From positions 64,001 to 128,000 of the forward strand of contig CAXNJO010000002.1 of assembly GCA_964202905.1 (NCBI GenBank): 64,000 nt of DNA, written 5' to 3'. Shown here piece after piece: positions 1 to 11,013 of this stretch (within the stretch, counting starts at the first letter, position 1; every line of letters starts with the position of its first letter). The notes beneath the pieces were generated by a model. That model had not been told where the DNA came from. It ran no database searches and was given only the letters and a program-made list of their open reading frames with translations. This DNA comes from Polyangiales bacterium (GTDB taxonomy: Bacteria; Myxococcota_A; Polyangia; Polyangiales; JADJQN01). The position numbers were made by a program, and so were the translations under genes.

Positions 1-493
1 GCTTCTTCATGCCGCCCGAGAGCTCCGCGGGAAGTTTGTGCGCCGCGTGCTCGACGCCGAGCGCTTGCAGGCGCGCCATGACCTTCTCGCGGATGTCGCG
101 CTCGCGCAGCGTCGTGTGCTCGCGCAGCAGGAACGCGACGTTGTCGTAGACGTCCATCGAGTCGAAGAGCGCCGACATCTGGAAGACCATCCCGAACTTG
201 CGGCGCACCGGGACGAGCTCGACGTCGGACAGGCGGCTGATCTCGCGGCCGTCGACGATGATCTCCCCCGCGTCGGGCCGCTCGAGCCGGATGAGCTGGC
301 GGACCATGACCGTCTTGCCGGAGCCCGAGGCGCCGATGAGGATGTTGTTGAGGCCGCGGAGGACGTCGAAGCTCACGCCGCGGAGGACCTCGTGCTCGCC
401 GTAGCGCTTGCGCAGGCCGCGCACGCGCAGGTGCACCGGGTCACGCGCCGCGTCGGCCGCGCCATCGGGCGCGCCGCGTGCCGCGGCCGTCAC
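1..493 (-). CDS. mlaF: ABC transporter ATP-binding subunit, MlaF/Ttg2A family (C-terminal part runs off the window edge)
   Basis: Manual minus-strand translation gives Walker A IGASGSGKT, Q-loop GMVFQ and signature LPAELSGGMKK at the edge. The GTG start overlaps the mlaE stop (GTGA). Confidence 0.88.
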   Translation of the reverse strand, partial: MTAAARGAPDGAADAARDPVHLRVRGLRKRYGEHEVLRGVSFDVLRGLNNILIGASGSGKTVMVRQLIRLERPDAGEIIVDGREISRLSDVELVPVRRKFGMVFQMSALFDSMDVYDNVAFLLREHTTLRERDIREKVMARLQALGVEHAAHKLPAELSGGMKK

Positions 494-1353
494 AGCCCGC
501 CCTGCCCGGTGATGACCGACGTGATCACGTAGTCGAGGACGAGGATCGACACCGCGCTCTGCACGACCGCGCGCGTCGTCGCCTGCCCGACACCGGCCGC
601 GCCTCCCTGCGCGTAGAAGCCGTGCCGACACGCGATGAGCGTGACGGTGAAGCCGAAGAACACGGCCTTCACGAGGCCCTGCGTGACGTCGCGCGCGTCG
701 ACGTACCACTTCACGTTCTCGGCGAAGACCCCCGGGTCGAGGCCGAGGATCTGCACGCAGACGAGCCACGCGCCGAAGATGCCGATCAGGTTGAAGACCA
801 TCGTCAGCAGGGGGACCATCAAGGCCCCCGCGATGATCCGCGGCACGACGAGGAACTGCACGGGGTTCACGGCCATCGTCGTGAGCGCGTCGATCTGATC
901 GGTGACGCGCATCGAGCCGAGTTCGGTGCTCATCGCGCTGCCCGCGCGCGCCGAGACCATGAGCGACGCGAACACCGGCGCGAGCTCCCGCGTGAGCGCC
1001 ATGCCGACGACGGATCCGGCCTGATTCTCCGCGCCGAACTGCCGGAATCCGTCGACGAGCTGGATGCCGAAGACCATCCCGATGAAGAGCCCCGTGAGCC
1101 CGACGATGAACAGCGACTGCACGCCGACGAACTCGAGCGCCGCGAGCAGCAGCCCGACGCGGTAGGGCGGTCGCAGCCCCCAGAAGATCGCCTGGCCGAG
1201 GAGGCCCGCGAGCATGCCGATCTCCCCGAAAAAACGCAGTGGAAGCGCGACCGCGGTGCGCCCGAGGGCGACGAGCCAGCGGGGGAGCGCGCGCCGTGGC
1301 TGCGCGACGGGGGGCGGCGACGTCGGCTGCGCTGGCTGGCTCGCCTCGGACAC
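490..1353 (-). CDS. mlaE: MlaE family ABC transporter permease
   Basis: Motifs RELAPV, GSAMSTELGSMRVTDQIDAL, PRI and GGAAGVGQATTRAVV. Confidence 0.95.
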   Translation of the reverse strand: MSEASQPAQPTSPPPVAQPRRALPRWLVALGRTAVALPLRFFGEIGMLAGLLGQAIFWGLRPPYRVGLLLAALEFVGVQSLFIVGLTGLFIGMVFGIQLVDGFRQFGAENQAGSVVGMALTRELAPVFASLMVSARAGSAMSTELGSMRVTDQIDALTTMAVNPVQFLVVPRIIAGALMVPLLTMVFNLIGIFGAWLVCVQILGLDPGVFAENVKWYVDARDVTQGLVKAVFFGFTVTLIACRHGFYAQGGAAGVGQATTRAVVQSAVSILVLDYVITSVITGQGGL

Positions 1354-1401
1354 CCGCGCGGTGTACCACGCCGCCAGAGCCCGGCGCGGCGCGCGGCGGG
1401 G

Positions 1402-2565
1402 TCAGCGGTAGAAGCGGGGCACGCGGCGCGAGACGTTGGTGAGGACCTCGTACGGGATCGTGCCCGCGTCGCGCGCGATGTCCTCGGCGCCGATCACCGC
1501 CTCGCCTTGCGTGCCGAGCAGGACGACCTCGTCGCCGACGGAGACGCCGGCGATGTCCGTGACGTCGAGCGTCGTGAGGTCCATCGACACGTTGCCGACG
1601 ATGGGCACGCGCGCGCCGTGCACGAGCATCGCGCCGCGGTTCGAGACCGCGCGCAGGAGGCCGTCACCGTAGCCGACCGGCACCGTGGCGATGCGGGTCG
1701 GGCGCGGCGCGCGGAACGTGCCGCCGTAGCCGACCGGCGCGCCCACCGGCAGCTCGCGCAGCGCGATGATCTCCGTGCGCAGGCGCATCGCGGGGCGGAG
1801 CGCGGGGCCCTCGTCACGGCCGCGCGCGGGCCAGGCGCGCACGCCGAAGAGCGCGATCCCCGGGCGCACCATGTCGAAGCGCGCCGCCTCGTGGCGGAAG
1901 AGCCCGGCGCTGTTCGCCGCGTGCACGATGCGCGGCGCGTGGCCCCGGGCGGCGAGCGCGGCGCGGGCGTCCGCGAAGAGACGCAGCTGCTGGCGCGTGA
2001 AGTCGTCGTCCGCGTCCGCCGAGGCGAAGTGCGTGAGCAGGCCGTCGATGCGCGCGCCGGGCACCGCCGCGAGCCCGTCGAGGAAGGCGGCGAGCGCGTC
2101 GACCGGCACGCCGAGCCGCGCGATGCCCGTGTCGAGCTCGAGGTGAAAGCCGAACGCCGCGCCCCCCGCAGCGCGCGCGAAGGCGTGCACGGTGTCGAGA
2201 TCGCAGACGACGGGCGTGAGCCCCGCCTCGAGCACCTCGCGGTGCGCGCCCGCGTACACGCCGTTCAAGACGAGGATCGGCGCGTCGATCCCGGCCTCGC
2301 GCAGCTCGAGGCCCTCCTCGGCGAGCGCGACGCCGAAGGCCGCGACCCCCTCCGCCGCGAGGCGCGCGACCACCGGGACGACGCCATGCCCGTATGCGTC
2401 GGCCTTGACGACGGCGAGCACGCGCGCGCCGCCCGCCTCCGCGCGCACGACGCTGAGGTTGTGCACGAGGGCGTCGAGGTCGATCTCCGCGCGCGTGGGG
2501 CGAAGCGACTCCTGCGCCGTCGTGACGCGCGGTCGCAGCGTGAGGGTGCGCTCGGGGGGCTGCAT
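1402..2565 (-). CDS. alr: Alanine racemase
   Basis: AVVKADAYGHG (PLP lysine), HAANSA, VRPGI, VGYGDG, GNVSMD and GTIPYE. Confidence 0.97.
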   Translation of the reverse strand: MQPPERTLTLRPRVTTAQESLRPTRAEIDLDALVHNLSVVRAEAGGARVLAVVKADAYGHGVVPVVARLAAEGVAAFGVALAEEGLELREAGIDAPILVLNGVYAGAHREVLEAGLTPVVCDLDTVHAFARAAGGAAFGFHLELDTGIARLGVPVDALAAFLDGLAAVPGARIDGLLTHFASADADDDFTRQQLRLFADARAALAARGHAPRIVHAANSAGLFRHEAARFDMVRPGIALFGVRAWPARGRDEGPALRPAMRLRTEIIALRELPVGAPVGYGGTFRAPRPTRIATVPVGYGDGLLRAVSNRGAMLVHGARVPIVGNVSMDLTTLDVTDIAGVSVGDEVVLLGTQGEAVIGAEDIARDAGTIPYEVLTNVSRRVPRFYR

Positions 2566-2674
2566 CGCGGACCGTGAGGGCGAGGGGTAACGGCGTGCCG
2601 GCGGGGCGTCAAGGAGCGCGGGGGCGCGGTTCGCGCGCGGCCCCGCGACGGCGCGCGGCTACACTCGGCCGCGC

Positions 2675-3814
2675 ATGCGCGAGGCGACCCATCGCTACGA
2701 GGATCCGCTCGACCGCGTCTGGACGACGTGCGCGGCACGCGTCGGGCTGCGACTCGCGCGCGCGTTTAGCGTCAACGCCGCGACCGACGGCCGCGGCGCG
2801 CTCGTGCTCGCGACGGACGAGGGGCTCGACCCCGACGACTGCCTCGCGCAGATGGTCTTCCACGAGTTGTGCCACTCGCTCGTGCAGGGCGCGGCGAGCT
2901 TCGACGTGCCCGACTGGGGGCTCGACAACCTCACCGACGTCGACGCGCTCCGCGAGCACGCGTGCCTGCGCCTGCAGGCTACGCTCGCCGGGCCGCACGG
3001 GTTGCGCGCCTTCTTCGCGCCGACCACCGAGTACCGCGCGTTCTACGACGCGCTGCCCGAGGACGCGCTGCCGGACGTCGCCCTGCCCGGCGAGGCGCGC
3101 GCGGGCGAGGCGGTCGAGGTGCTGCTCGCAAGGCGCGGCGCGGCGCGGGCCGGACGCGCTCCCTGGGGACCGCACCTCGAAGAGGCCCTCGCAGCGACGT
3201 CCGCCGTGCTCGCGGCGACCGCGGGACACGCCGAGGGGCCGCCCGTCCCCGACGCGCGCGCGCTGCGTGAAGGCGCGAGCCGCCCGGGGGCCGCGCTGCC
3301 GAGCCTGCACGGCCGCGTCGCACCGCGACCGCCGCGGCATCCACGCACCCGACTCCCGCTCGCCGTGGGCGCACGCGCCGCGGAGACCTGCGGCACCTGC
3401 GCCTGGCGCGTGCCGAGCGGCGTCTGCCGACAATCCGAGCGACGACAGCGGACGCTCCCCGAGCTCCCCGCCTGCGAGCGCTGGGAGCCGGCCCTCGATT
3501 GCCTCCGCTGCGGCGCGTGCTGCCGCGAAGCGTTCGGCGCGGTGACCGTGCGCGCGGTCGAGCTCGTGCGCGGCCCGCACGCCGCGCTCGTGCGCGAAGA
3601 GTCCGACGGATTCCGCACGATGCGGCGCATGCCGGAGCGCAGCGCGATCGGCGAGCCCGACGACACCCGCTGCGTCGCGCTCGCGGGCGACGGCAGCGCC
3701 GCGCAGCCGTTTTCCTGCGCGATCTACGCCGATCGGCCGCGCACCTGCGACGCGTTCACGCTCGGCAGCGCGCACTGCCTCGTCGCGCGGCGCCGCGTCG
3801 GGCTCTCGCGCTGA
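2675..3814 (+). CDS. Fusion of an N-terminal HExxH domain (EpmC/YfcM-like) and a C-terminal YkgJ CxxCxxCC cysteine-cluster domain
   Basis: [11 protein letters not shown]...DWG at the N-terminus. [12 protein letters not shown] and [11 protein letters not shown] form the YkgJ signature. An extra CGTC..C..C cluster lies between them. Confidence 0.7.
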   Translation: MREATHRYEDPLDRVWTTCAARVGLRLARAFSVNAATDGRGALVLATDEGLDPDDCLAQMVFHELCHSLVQGAASFDVPDWGLDNLTDVDALREHACLRLQATLAGPHGLRAFFAPTTEYRAFYDALPEDALPDVALPGEARAGEAVEVLLARRGAARAGRAPWGPHLEEALAATSAVLAATAGHAEGPPVPDARALREGASRPGAALPSLHGRVAPRPPRHPRTRLPLAVGARAAETCGTCAWRVPSGVCRQSERRQRTLPELPACERWEPALDCLRCGACCREAFGAVTVRAVELVRGPHAALVREESDGFRTMRRMPERSAIGEPDDTRCVALAGDGSAAQPFSCAIYADRPRTCDAFTLGSAHCLVARRRVGLSR

Positions 3815-3867
3815 CCGCGCCCGCGGGGCACACCCGGTGCGCGGAGGCGCGTGCTAGCTTCGCCGTC

Positions 3868-4068
3868 ATGCGAATCCAGGTGAACGGCGAGCCGCGCGAA
3901 GTCGCCGAGGAGACGAGCATCCGCGCCCTCATCGAGGCGCTCGGCCTCGGCGCCGTGCCCGTCGCCGTCGAGCGCAACCACGACCTCGTCCCGCGCGCGC
4001 TCCACGAGGCCACGGCGCTCCGCGACGGCGACCAGCTCGAGGTCGTCCACTTCGTCGGAGGCGGCTGA
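3868..4068 (+). CDS. thiS: Sulfur carrier protein ThiS
   Basis: 66 aa, MRIQVNGE...VAVERN...VVHFVGGG with C-terminal GG; directly upstream of thiG. Confidence 0.95.
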   Translation: MRIQVNGEPREVAEETSIRALIEALGLGAVPVAVERNHDLVPRALHEATALRDGDQLEVVHFVGGG

Positions 4069-4880
4069 TGTCCGAGGCCACCCCGGAGCTCCCAAGCGCC
4101 GACCTCCTGCACATCGGCGCGCACACGTTCCGCTCGCGGCTCTTCGTCGGGACGGGGAAATACAAGGATTTCGCCGAGACGTCCGCTGCGCTGCTCGCCT
4201 CCGGCGCGGAGGTCGTGACGGTCGCGGTGCGGCGGGTCGATCTGAGCGCGCGCGGCGAAGGCTCGCTGCTCGGCTTCCTGCGGGAGCGGCGCTTCACGCT
4301 CCTGCCCAACACGGCGGGCTGCTACACGGCCGAGGACGCCGTGCGCACCTGCCGCCTCGCGCGCGAGATCCTCGGCGAATCCCTCGTGAAACTCGAGGTG
4401 CTCGGCGATCCGAAGACGCTCTTCCCCGACGTCGTGCAGACGCTCGAGGCCGCGAAGATCCTCGTGAAAGAGGGCTTCACGGTGCTCCCCTACACGAGCG
4501 ACGACCCCATCACGGCCAGGAAGCTCGAGGACGTCGGCTGCGCCGCGGTCATGCCGCTCGCGGCACCGATCGGCAGCGGGCTCGGGGTGCGCAACCCCTA
4601 CAACCTCGCGATCATCCTCGACACCGTGAAGGTGCCGGTCATCGTCGACGCCGGCGTCGGCACCGCCTCGGACGCCGCCATCGCGATGGAGCTCGGCTGT
4701 CACGGCGTTTTGATGAACACGGCGATCGCGGGCGCGCGGCTCCCCCTGACGATGGCGAGCGCGATGCGCAAGGGCGTCGAGGCGGGCCGCGAGGCCTACC
4801 TCGCGGGGCGGATCGAGCGGCGGCTCTACGCCACCGCGTCGAGCCCGCTCGCCGGCGTGCTCGGCAGCAAGCACGCGTGA
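4068..4880 (+). CDS. thiG: Thiazole synthase
   Basis: [31 protein letters not shown] and VDAGVG. Confidence 0.97.
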   Translation: MSEATPELPSADLLHIGAHTFRSRLFVGTGKYKDFAETSAALLASGAEVVTVAVRRVDLSARGEGSLLGFLRERRFTLLPNTAGCYTAEDAVRTCRLAREILGESLVKLEVLGDPKTLFPDVVQTLEAAKILVKEGFTVLPYTSDDPITARKLEDVGCAAVMPLAAPIGSGLGVRNPYNLAIILDTVKVPVIVDAGVGTASDAAIAMELGCHGVLMNTAIAGARLPLTMASAMRKGVEAGREAYLAGRIERRLYATASSPLAGVLGSKHA

Positions 4881-5554
4881 CGGTGTCGCGCCCGGGCGCC
4901 ACGCCGACGCTGCCCTTCGACCTCTACCTGATCACGGATCCGTCGCTCGGCGCCGATCTGGTCGGCGCGACGGAGGCGGCCCTCGCCGCCGCCCCGCGTG
5001 GACGCGTCGCCGTGCAGCTCCGCGCGAAGCCGAGCGCGGGCTTCCGCGGCACCACGCTGGAGCTCGTCGCGCTCGCGCGCGGGCTGCGCGCCACGACCCG
5101 GGCGCACGGGGCGCTCTTCGTCGTGAACGAGCGCGCCGACGTCGCGCGCGTCGTCGAGGCCGACGGCGTGCACCTCCCCGAGGAGACGCTCACGCCCGCG
5201 GAGGCGCGGCGCGTGCTCGGCGACGACGCGCTCGTCGGCGTCTCGTGCCATGACGCGCGCGGGCTCGCGCTGGCCGCGTCGCAGGGCGCGACGTTTGCGA
5301 CCTTGAGCCCGTTCAGCGCCTCCCCCGGCAAGGGCACCCCGATCGCGCTGGCGCGCTTCGCCGACCTCGTCGCCGGTGCGTCGCTCCCGGTGCTCGCGCT
5401 CGGAGGCGTCGGCCCCGCCGAGGTGGAGCGTGCGGTCGGGGCCGGGGCCGCGGGCGTGGCGGTGATCCGCGCGATCTACGCGGCGTCCGATCCGGGCGCC
5501 GCCGCCGCGGAGCTGGTGGCGGCGCTTGACACCGCGCGCGCCGGGGCGCGATAG
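4877..5554 (+). CDS. thiE: Thiamine phosphate synthase (ThiE/TenI family)
   Basis: [29 protein letters not shown] and ALGG; overlaps the thiG stop. Confidence 0.85.
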   Translation: MTVSRPGATPTLPFDLYLITDPSLGADLVGATEAALAAAPRGRVAVQLRAKPSAGFRGTTLELVALARGLRATTRAHGALFVVNERADVARVVEADGVHLPEETLTPAEARRVLGDDALVGVSCHDARGLALAASQGATFATLSPFSASPGKGTPIALARFADLVAGASLPVLALGGVGPAEVERAVGAGAAGVAVIRAIYAASDPGAAAAELVAALDTARAGAR

Positions 5555-5565
5555 CTGGCCGCGCG

Positions 5566-6210
5566 ATGAAGAACCTCACGCAAGGCTCGCTGAAGGCGCT
5601 CGGTTGGCTCGCGGCGATCGTCGCGATCGCGCTCGGCGTGCTCCGCGCGGGCTTCGTCGACGTCATCACCGTCGGCCACAACGGCATGGCGCCGACGATC
5701 GTCGCCGGCGACCAGGTCGCGCTCTGGCGCGGCGCGGAGATCGAGACGGGCGACGTCGCGCTCTGCGCACACCCGGGGCAGCAGGGGCGCTACGTGCTCG
5801 CGCGGGTGATGGCGCGCGCAGGACAGCGCCTGAACACCGAGCGCGGGCAACTCTCGATCAACAGCGAGCGCGTCCTGCGCGACGTGCACGGGACGACGCG
5901 CTTCTACGACTCGGTCAACGGCCACACGAGCCGCTACGCCCTCTCGACGGAGCGCTTCGGCAACAACCACCACCCGACGTTCGACAGCGAGCGCTCCCCG
6001 CTCGTGCTGCGCGATCAGCCCGTGCGCGCGGGGCTCTTCATGCTCGGGGACAACCGCTCGTACCGCGGTGAGGACAGCCGCACCTTCGGCGAGGTGGTCG
6101 AGGCGACGTGCAAGGGCGTCGTGTTCCTCCGGCTCGTGCCCGCGGCGCGCCCCGCGGTGGCCGATCCGGGCGACGAACTCGGACACGGATGGCTCGACCT
6201 CATCCGTTGA
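5566..6210 (+). CDS. Signal peptidase I (S26) homologue lacking the catalytic Ser and Lys
   Basis: N-terminal TM. Box B reads HNGMAPT (canonical SGSMxPT) and box D reads YVLARV (canonical YIKRV). Box E GDNR...DSR is intact. Confidence 0.8.
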   Translation: MKNLTQGSLKALGWLAAIVAIALGVLRAGFVDVITVGHNGMAPTIVAGDQVALWRGAEIETGDVALCAHPGQQGRYVLARVMARAGQRLNTERGQLSINSERVLRDVHGTTRFYDSVNGHTSRYALSTERFGNNHHPTFDSERSPLVLRDQPVRAGLFMLGDNRSYRGEDSRTFGEVVEATCKGVVFLRLVPAARPAVADPGDELGHGWLDLIR

Positions 6211-6794
6211 GCGACCGGGCCGCGCGGCGGCCCCGGACGGTGCGGCGGTCCCTGCTCGCGCTCATCGCGCTCCTCGGCGTCGCCGTGCCCGGCCGCGCGC
6301 AGCCGGTCCCCGCGCGCCCTCGCCCCCCGGTGACGGGCGCCGCCGCGCCTGCCCCGCGCACCGCACCCCGGCACGTCGCCGCGCTCGAGGTCACGCTCCG
6401 CGACCTCGCGCTCGATCCGCTCTGCGTCGCGGAGTCCCCGGTCCACGCCCGCTGCGAGGCGCGCGTGACGGCCGCGGGCGGCGAGGACGCGCTCACGCTG
6501 CGCGCGGTCGCGAGCGACGAGACGCACACCGTCTACCTCTACACGCCCGACCTCGCCCGCGCCGCGCCCGACGCGCCCAGCACGCCGGCCCTGCTGCGTC
6601 GGATCGCGGAGCTCAACCACGAGCTGCTCCTCGGCAAGCTCGAATGGGACGCGGGGACCGGCGAGATCCGCCTCTCGATGGTGCTCCCGACGCAGGGCGG
6701 GCTCGACCGCGAGGCGCTCGGCACGATGACGCGCGCGCTCCTCGCCCTCGCGGCCCGCCTCGGGCCCACGCTGCGCGGGTCGGCCACTCCCTGA
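6207..6794 (+). CDS. Secreted protein with a YbjN/T3S-chaperone-like C-terminal domain
   Basis: TTG start overlaps the upstream stop. Signal peptide RRSLLALIALLGVAVPGRA. LLRRIAELNHELLLGKLEWD...EIRLS resembles YbjN. Confidence 0.55.
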   Translation: MSDRAARRPRTVRRSLLALIALLGVAVPGRAQPVPARPRPPVTGAAAPAPRTAPRHVAALEVTLRDLALDPLCVAESPVHARCEARVTAAGGEDALTLRAVASDETHTVYLYTPDLARAAPDAPSTPALLRRIAELNHELLLGKLEWDAGTGEIRLSMVLPTQGGLDREALGTMTRALLALAARLGPTLRGSATP

Positions 6795-6930
6795 CACGCA
6801 CGGCAGCAGGCGCTCTCCGTCGAGATGCCACTTCCATCCGCGTCGCGCCATGCCGTATCCTGCGAGCTTGGAGGAGGACGTGGCTGGGGACGGCCCCATG
6901 CTGCGTAGCTCTCGTCCGCCAGGGTACCCC

Positions 6931-7791
6931 ATGCGCAATCTCTCCCGCTTCGCCTTCACGGCGCTCGCCGCCGTCCTCTGCTTCGCCGCCCTCCCCGCCG
7001 AGGCGCAACGCCGTCGGACGCCGCCCCCCGAGCAGCCCGCCGCGGGCACGAACTCCCGCGACGACGAGGCGCGCATGCTCTTCGAGGCCGGGCGCGTCGC
7101 GTACAGCGCCGGGCGCTTCGACGACGCGCTCGGGTATTTCCGGCGCGCCTACGAGATCTCCGGGCGCGCCGTCCTGCTCTACAACGTCGGCTCCGCAGCC
7201 GACAAGCTGCGCCAGGACGCCGTCGCGCTCGACGCCCTTCGCCGCTACCTCGAGGCCGTCCCGACCGCCGAGAACCGCGAAGAGGTCGAGGCCCGCATCC
7301 GCGTGCTCGCAGGCGTGGTCGCCGCCCAGCCGGCCCGAAACACCGCCACGGGTACCACCACGGCCGCCGCAAACACCACGGCCGCCGCGAGCACCACGGC
7401 CGCCGCAAACACCACGGCCGCCGTGAACTCCACGGCCGCCGTGAACTCCACGGCCGCTGCGAACGCCGCCGCCGCCAACGCGGGCGCCGCGGCGAGCACC
7501 ACGGTCTCCAACGCGGGCACCGCGTCGAGCGCCGCGCGCGCACCCGGCGATGAGGCGGCGCGCGAGGCCGCGGTCGCCGCGTCGCTCAACGCACGGGGCG
7601 CCCCTTCGGACGCGCCGCCCGAGGCGAGCAGCGGGGGCCTCGTGTCCAAGTGGTGGTTCTGGACGCTCGTCGGCGCGATGGTCGTCGGCACGACGGTCGG
7701 CGTCGTGGCTGCGACCACCGGGCCCGCGACCCTGGGCCCGCTCCAACCGGGCGATGACGGCCGCGTCTACATGACCCTGGTGACGCCATGA
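6931..7791 (+). CDS. Exported TPR protein with Thr/Ala repeat linker and C-terminal hydrophobic segment
   Basis: Signal peptide, TPR helices (ARMLFEAGRVAY...LLYNVG), and a KWWFWTLVG hydrophobic tail typical of myxobacterial TPR/PEGA-type proteins. Confidence 0.75.
   Translation: MRNLSRFAFTALAAVLCFAALPAEAQRRRTPPPEQPAAGTNSRDDEARMLFEAGRVAYSAGRFDDALGYFRRAYEISGRAVLLYNVGSAADKLRQDAVALDALRRYLEAVPTAENREEVEARIRVLAGVVAAQPARNTATGTTTAAANTTAAASTTAAANTTAAVNSTAAVNSTAAANAAAANAGAAASTTVSNAGTASSAARAPGDEAAREAAVAASLNARGAPSDAPPEASSGGLVSKWWFWTLVGAMVVGTTVGVVAATTGPATLGPLQPGDDGRVYMTLVTP
7357..7464 (+). repeat. Six tandem 18-bp units encoding (T/S)TAA(A/V)(N/S)
   Basis: Units of (A/T)CCACGGCCGCYGYRARC start at 7357, 7375, 7393, 7411, 7429 and 7447. 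Confidence 0.9.
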
Positions 7792-10700
7792 AAAACGCGC
7801 GCAAGACCATGAATTCATTGACCTTCACGCCCTCCGCCTCCCGTCTTGCGCGGGCGGCTTCGCTCCTCGCGCTGCTCACCGCGCTCGCCTCGTGCGCGGG
7901 GGAGAAGCCCCCGACGCAGGTGCTCGTCTACGTCTGGGCCGAGCCCGGCGTCGCGGCCCGCACGGCGGCCGTGGACCTACGCGTCGACAGCTTCGACGAC
8001 GCGGCGGCGACCACGCCCTCGCGCCTCGCCGTCGAGCAGGAGGTCACGGCGCCGAGCGTCGGCGCGTTCGAGTTCCCGTATCGCCTCGCCCTCGCGCCCA
8101 CGGGCGACGACGGGAGCCGCGAGTACCTCGTGACGGCCACGGCCCGCAGCGCCGCGGACGGCGTCGGCGCCGATCCGGTGGGCGACGACACCGCCTTCAT
8201 CGCGCGCACGCTCGTGCGCGCGGGCTACGAGCAGGGGCGCACGATGCGCCTCGACGTCTGGCTCCGCGACGCCTGCGCCGACGTGCCCTGCCCCGGCGCC
8301 AGCGAGGCGTGCGACCCCGCCACCGGCGCGTGCGCCCCGCCGCTGCGGGGCGAGCTCGTGCCCGTCGACACGGACACGGACACCGACGCCGGCGCACGCG
8401 ACGCGGCCTCCGACATGGCGCCCACCGACGCGTCCCTCGACCTCGCGCTCGACGCGGGTGACACCGATGCAGGCGACGGCCGGCGAGGTCGACGCGGGCG
8501 ACGTCGACGCGGGCCTCGACGCAGGCACGGACTCGGGCGTGGACGCCTTCGGGATCGACGCCGGCTGCACCAGCGATCCCGGGACGCCGTGCGATCTGCC
8601 GGACCAGCCCTGCGTCAACGCCTCGCTCCGCTGCGAGTCGGGCGCGGTCGTGTGCCGCGCGTCGATGGTCTTCAAGGCCGTAGGCACCGAGTGCCGCGCC
8701 TCCGCGGGGATCTGCGACACCGCCGAGGCCTGCGACGGGGTGAACCCCGCGTGTCCGGTCGATGCCTTCGAGCCGGCCACGACCGTGTGTCGGACGGCGA
8801 GCAGCGGCCTGCCGTGCGACGTGCCCGAGACGTGCAGCGGCACGAGCGCGGCGTGCCCGGCGAACGTCTTCGCGACCGCCGGCACGCTCTGCCGCGCGGC
8901 GGCGGGCGCGTGCGACGTGGCCGAGGTGTGCAACGGCACCGCCGGCGGCTGCCCCACGGACGCCGTGGCGTCCACGACCACGGTGTGCCGAGCCGCCGAC
9001 GGCGCCTGCGACACCGCAGAGTCGTGCAACGGCACGACCTCGGCGTGCCCGGCGGATGCCTTCCTGCCCGCAAGCACGACGTGCCGCGCGGCCGCCGGCA
9101 CGTGCGACCTCGCCGAGGCCTGCTCCGGCGCGGCAGCGGCGTGCCCCGCCGACACCTTCGTGGCCTCGACGATGACCTGCCGCATGAGCGCGGGCGCCTG
9201 CGACCTCGCCGAATCGTGCACGGGCGCGAGCGCCGTCTGTCCCGCGGACGGGCTCGCGTCCGCGACCACCGTCTGCCGCGCAGCCGCTGCGGGCGGATGC
9301 GACGTCGCCGAGTCGTGCAACGGCTCGAGCACGATGTGTCCCGCGGACGCCTTCGCGGCCGTCGGGACGGCGTGCTCGGGGGGCTTCTGCCCCGGCACGA
9401 CGTCCATGTGCACGGCGGGCTGCACGCCCGGCGTCGCGTGCGACGTACCCGGCGCTCCCTGCAGCGTCGGCGCGATCAGCTGCTCCGGGACCGGGATGCC
9501 CACGTGCGTCGCGACCGGCGTGAAGTCCGCGGGCACGAGCTGCCGCGCGGCGGTCGCCGGCGGCTGCGACGTCGCGGAACTCTGCAACGGCATCGCGACC
9601 ACCTGCCCTTCGGACACCGTGCGGCCGCTCGGCACCGGGTGCCGGGCAGCGAGCGGGGCGTGCGACGTCGCCGAGACGTGCAGCGGCACGTCGGCCACCT
9701 GCCCCGCCGACTCCGTCGCGACCGCGACGACCATCTGCCGCGCGGCCGCCGGCCCCTGCGACGTCGCCGACCGCTGCGACGGGACGGGCACGTTGTGCCC
9801 CAGCGATGTCTTCGCGTCGTCGGCCACGGGGTGCCGCAGCTCGGCCGGCGTGTGCGACGTCGCCGAGACGTGCACCGGCGCAGGCGCGATGTGCCCCATG
9901 GACACACGCGTCACGGCCGGCACCGTGTGCCGCGCTGCGTCGTTGGGCGGCTGCGACGTCGCCGAGGCGTGCACGGCCGCGAGCGTCGACTGCCCCGCCA
10001 ACACCTTCGCGCCCGCGACCACGATCTGCCGCGCGGCCCTCGAGACCGGCTGCGACATCGCCGACTTCTGCACGGGCGCGAGCGCGATGTGCCCCTTGGA
10101 CGCCGTCGCATCGGCGGGGACAGTGTGCCGCGCCGGCTCCGAGTGCGACGTGCCCGAGGTGTGCAGCGGCACGTCGAACGCGTGCCCGACGAACGCGCTC
10201 GCACCCGCGGGCACCATCTGCCGCAGCAGCACCGGCGTCTGCGACGTGGCCGAGACCTGCACGGGCGGCTCCACCGCGTGCCCGGCCCAGATCTCCACCA
10301 CCGGCACCGTCTGCCGCGCCGCCGCAGGCCCGTGCGACATCCAGGAGACGTGTTCGGCGACCGGCGCATGCCCCAGCGACACGCTCCGCCCGAACACCCA
10401 TGTGTGCAGCGCCGCGGCCGGCGCGTGCGATCTCCAGGACTTCTGCAGCGGCACCAGCGCCGCCTGCGTCGATCTGAAGCGGCCGAGCACCTTCGAGTGC
10501 CGGGCGTCGGCCGGCAAGTGCGACCTCGCGGAGGTTTGCTCGGGCACCTCGAACAACTGCCCGTCCGACGCCTTCCAGCCCGCGATGTTCGTGTGTCGCC
10601 CCGAGTGCGGGCTCTGCGACGCCCCCGAAAAATGCACCGGCACGGGCGCGACGTGCCCGACGGACACGTTCACCCCCACGGGCTTCTCATGCGATCCGGG

Positions 10701-10900
10701 GCTCGGCGGGAGTTGCGGCACCGGCCTCTGCGAACCAGCGATGGGCGGTGCAATTTCAGCGGGTCCAGCTGCGGGGGGGGTGCGTGAGCTGCACGACGGT
10801 GGGCGCCCCCTGCGGCACGACGGGCTTCTGCTTCTGCAACTCCAGCAACAAGTGCCAGTGCCCCGCGAACGCGTGCATGTTCAGCGACGGCGGCCCGTGA
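7788..10900 (+). CDS. Large Cys-rich lipoprotein with about 19 disintegrin-like repeats (three apparent frameshifts)
   Basis: Lipobox LAS-C, DAG linker, then repeats CRxxxGxCDxxExCxGxxxxCPxD. The frame changes near 8478, 10732 and the G8 run at 10773-10780. The Cys-rich tail ends at TGA 10898-10900. Confidence 0.75.
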
Positions 10901-11013
10901 CGACGACGGCGCCACGGGGCGGGGGGCCTCCATCTCCGCGTCCGCATCCCCGCCCGCATCGATAACGCACTGCGTCGAAAACGCGCCCGACCTTGCTATG
11001 CTCGGCGCTTCCG

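Noticed and set aside
3815..3867. TPP riboswitch ahead of thiS
   Set aside because: Only 53 bp are available, and there is no CTGAGA or other TPP aptamer core.
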